From contig JADGIF010000429.1 in assembly GCA_018985225.1 (NCBI GenBank), positions 1 through 8,736 of the forward strand: 8,736 bases of DNA. Reading direction: 5' to 3'. Both the position numbers and the translations under genes were made by a program. A model generated the notes under the pieces. It searched no databases. It worked only from the letters and a program-made list of their open reading frames with translations, and had not been told where the DNA came from. Origin of the DNA: Amoeboradix gromovi X-113. Its lineage: Eukaryota > Fungi > Sanchytriomycota. Positions 7,521 to 8,736 of this stretch are shown piece after piece (position 1 is the stretch's first letter; each line of letters opens with the position of its first letter).

Positions 7521-8736
7521 GCAACAATAGATTTACAGAGCAAATTCTGCTAAGCAAACCATATTACATAGACATTTACCGTAACCGCATCACAGATGTT
7601 ACTATCCAAGACACAAGTGTGATTTATAGTTGCGATGTCTCAAGCAATCCACTGTTATCTCACACAGATGATGTAGATCTAGCGACATGCACTAAAAATA
7701 ATCTTTACATCAATGAATGTTTAGATGTTATAGGCCTTGCAGTGGGATTGAACCTTGATGTCGTGCAGCCAGCTCTAATGACATCGATGGAAACTAACTG
7801 CTGCTCAAGTACAGGAGTAACGTGTACTGCTGGAAAAGTAGACAAGATAAAATGGCCAAATATGAGCCTGAATGGTACCTTAGATACCAGCCGGATCCCA
7901 CCTAATCTAACTGTCTTGGACCTGAGTCAGAACAGTATCACAGGACCGGTGCCAGAGGGCATGCCAAGCTCACTAGTAAACCTGACTTTGCAATCCAACA
8001 AGCTCAGTGGTGCTATCCCCTCAGATCTTCCTTTGAGTCTGGAACATCTGGATCTGTCAGACAACTTGATAAATGGCTCAGTTCCGACTGCACTACCTAC
8101 TGGTCTGCTATCGTTAATATTGAACAAGAACAGGCTGTCTGGCTCATTACCAAATAGCATTCCATCAGGTCTTGTCAGTCTAGATGTGAGCAACAACAAT
8201 CTTTCAGGTGCAGTGCCGAATCTAACCAGCATAGAGTACATCTATTTAAACAGAGATGTGCCTCCATACAATCAGTTCACAGGAGGTGTCTTAGTGTTGA
8301 AGCCAAAAGAGCTTTATATACCAAACAATCTCATCACAGGCATTCTCATCAGTGATATTGAGCAGCTGATGATATGCAACATATCCAACAATCCACTGCT
8401 AGTTAATGTAAATGATGCATCCCTTTCCGGCTGTATAAAGGACCACGTAGATGTCCAGGACACAGGCCCTGTGACAGAAATATCTAAAATCTCTACACTC
8501 GATGAATTACTCGAGTCTATGCTCAAGACAAGATTCTTGCGAACAAGAGCACTACAAGAGAGTGCAACAGCCAATGCACAGTACAATACATTGGGATCGG
8601 ATGCTGCTTACAGTAGCACGCATCTGCCTGCTTATATCAGCTACAATACAAGAAAATTCAGCATCGATATTCATTGGGCATTGTTCATCGTTGGCAGATG
8701 TGTGCTTGACTTAATGGTTGCCATAGCAGTGCTGTA
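7517..8736 (+). CDS. 3' open segment of the LRR gene (~406 codons, no stop in window, absent from ORF track): end of module 2, intact module 3, stalk, TM
   Basis: Manual translation: LSNNRFTEQILL...ECLDVIGLAVGLNLDVVQPALMTSMETNCCSSTGVTC...LTVLDLSQNSITGPVPEGMPSSLVNLTLQSNKLSGAIPSDLPLSLEHLDLSDNLINGSVP...WALFIVGRCVLDLMVAIAVL. First ATG is at 7778. Confidence 0.7.

Larger units (their letters stand above)
5923..8736 (+). pseudogene. Disrupted LRR receptor-like surface protein gene: signal peptide, 3 x [Cys cap + LRRs + Cys end cap], Ser/Thr stalk, TM helix; continues beyond the window
   Basis: ATG 5923 starts MVLKLSVLHILAALIHTVSI-DCPDVINLA. There is an in-frame TAA at 6082-6084 and 1-nt frameshifts at ~6319-6320 and ~7517. 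Repeats follow LxxLxLxxNxLxGxIPxxLP. Homologous caps start at 5983, 6843 and 7715. A hydrophobic WALFIVGRCVLDLMVAIAVL starts at 8675. Confidence 0.85.

Noticed and set aside
6317-7538. Introns 6317-6405 (GTAAGT..CAG, 89 nt) and 7507-7538 (GTAATA..CAG, 32 nt), which would restore the LRR frame
   Set aside because: Both would excise sequence encoding good LRR consensus (VSNNKFSGPIPQLP; INLSNNRFT), so 1-nt deletions are more parsimonious. Not fully excluded without RNA-seq.
6936-8714. ORFs 6936-7130, 7927-8241, 8314-8586 (-) and 8502-8714 (+)
   Set aside because: Antisense or out-of-frame shadows of the LRR coding frame.

Overview
AT-rich, gene-dense eukaryotic DNA with apparently intronless genes. 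It is probably from a fast-evolving, early-diverging fungus-like organism (inference). The left end (1-426) looks like a short, internally deleted TIR-type element that runs off the window. It carries 13-bp subterminal repeats, a frameshifted remnant of the C-terminal zinc ribbon and RuvC-III region of a Fanzor/TnpB nuclease, and a strongly base-paired region next to a candidate right end followed by TA. This is a candidate omegaRNA-retaining 'ghost' Fanzor element and is absent from the ORF track. Next come an NSA1/WDR74 ribosome-biogenesis WD40 gene (1156-2073, -) and a divergent 357-aa orphan ORF (2372-3445, +). The right half holds two divergently oriented, disrupted genes for secreted or surface proteins. 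One is a tectonin-like Cys-bridged beta-propeller (5097-4309, -) with one internal TAA. The other is a large LRR receptor-like gene (5923->8736, +) of three ~290-aa cap+LRR modules plus a stalk and TM helix, with one TAA and two 1-nt frameshifts. All calls are from manual translation and motif reading; no searches were run.
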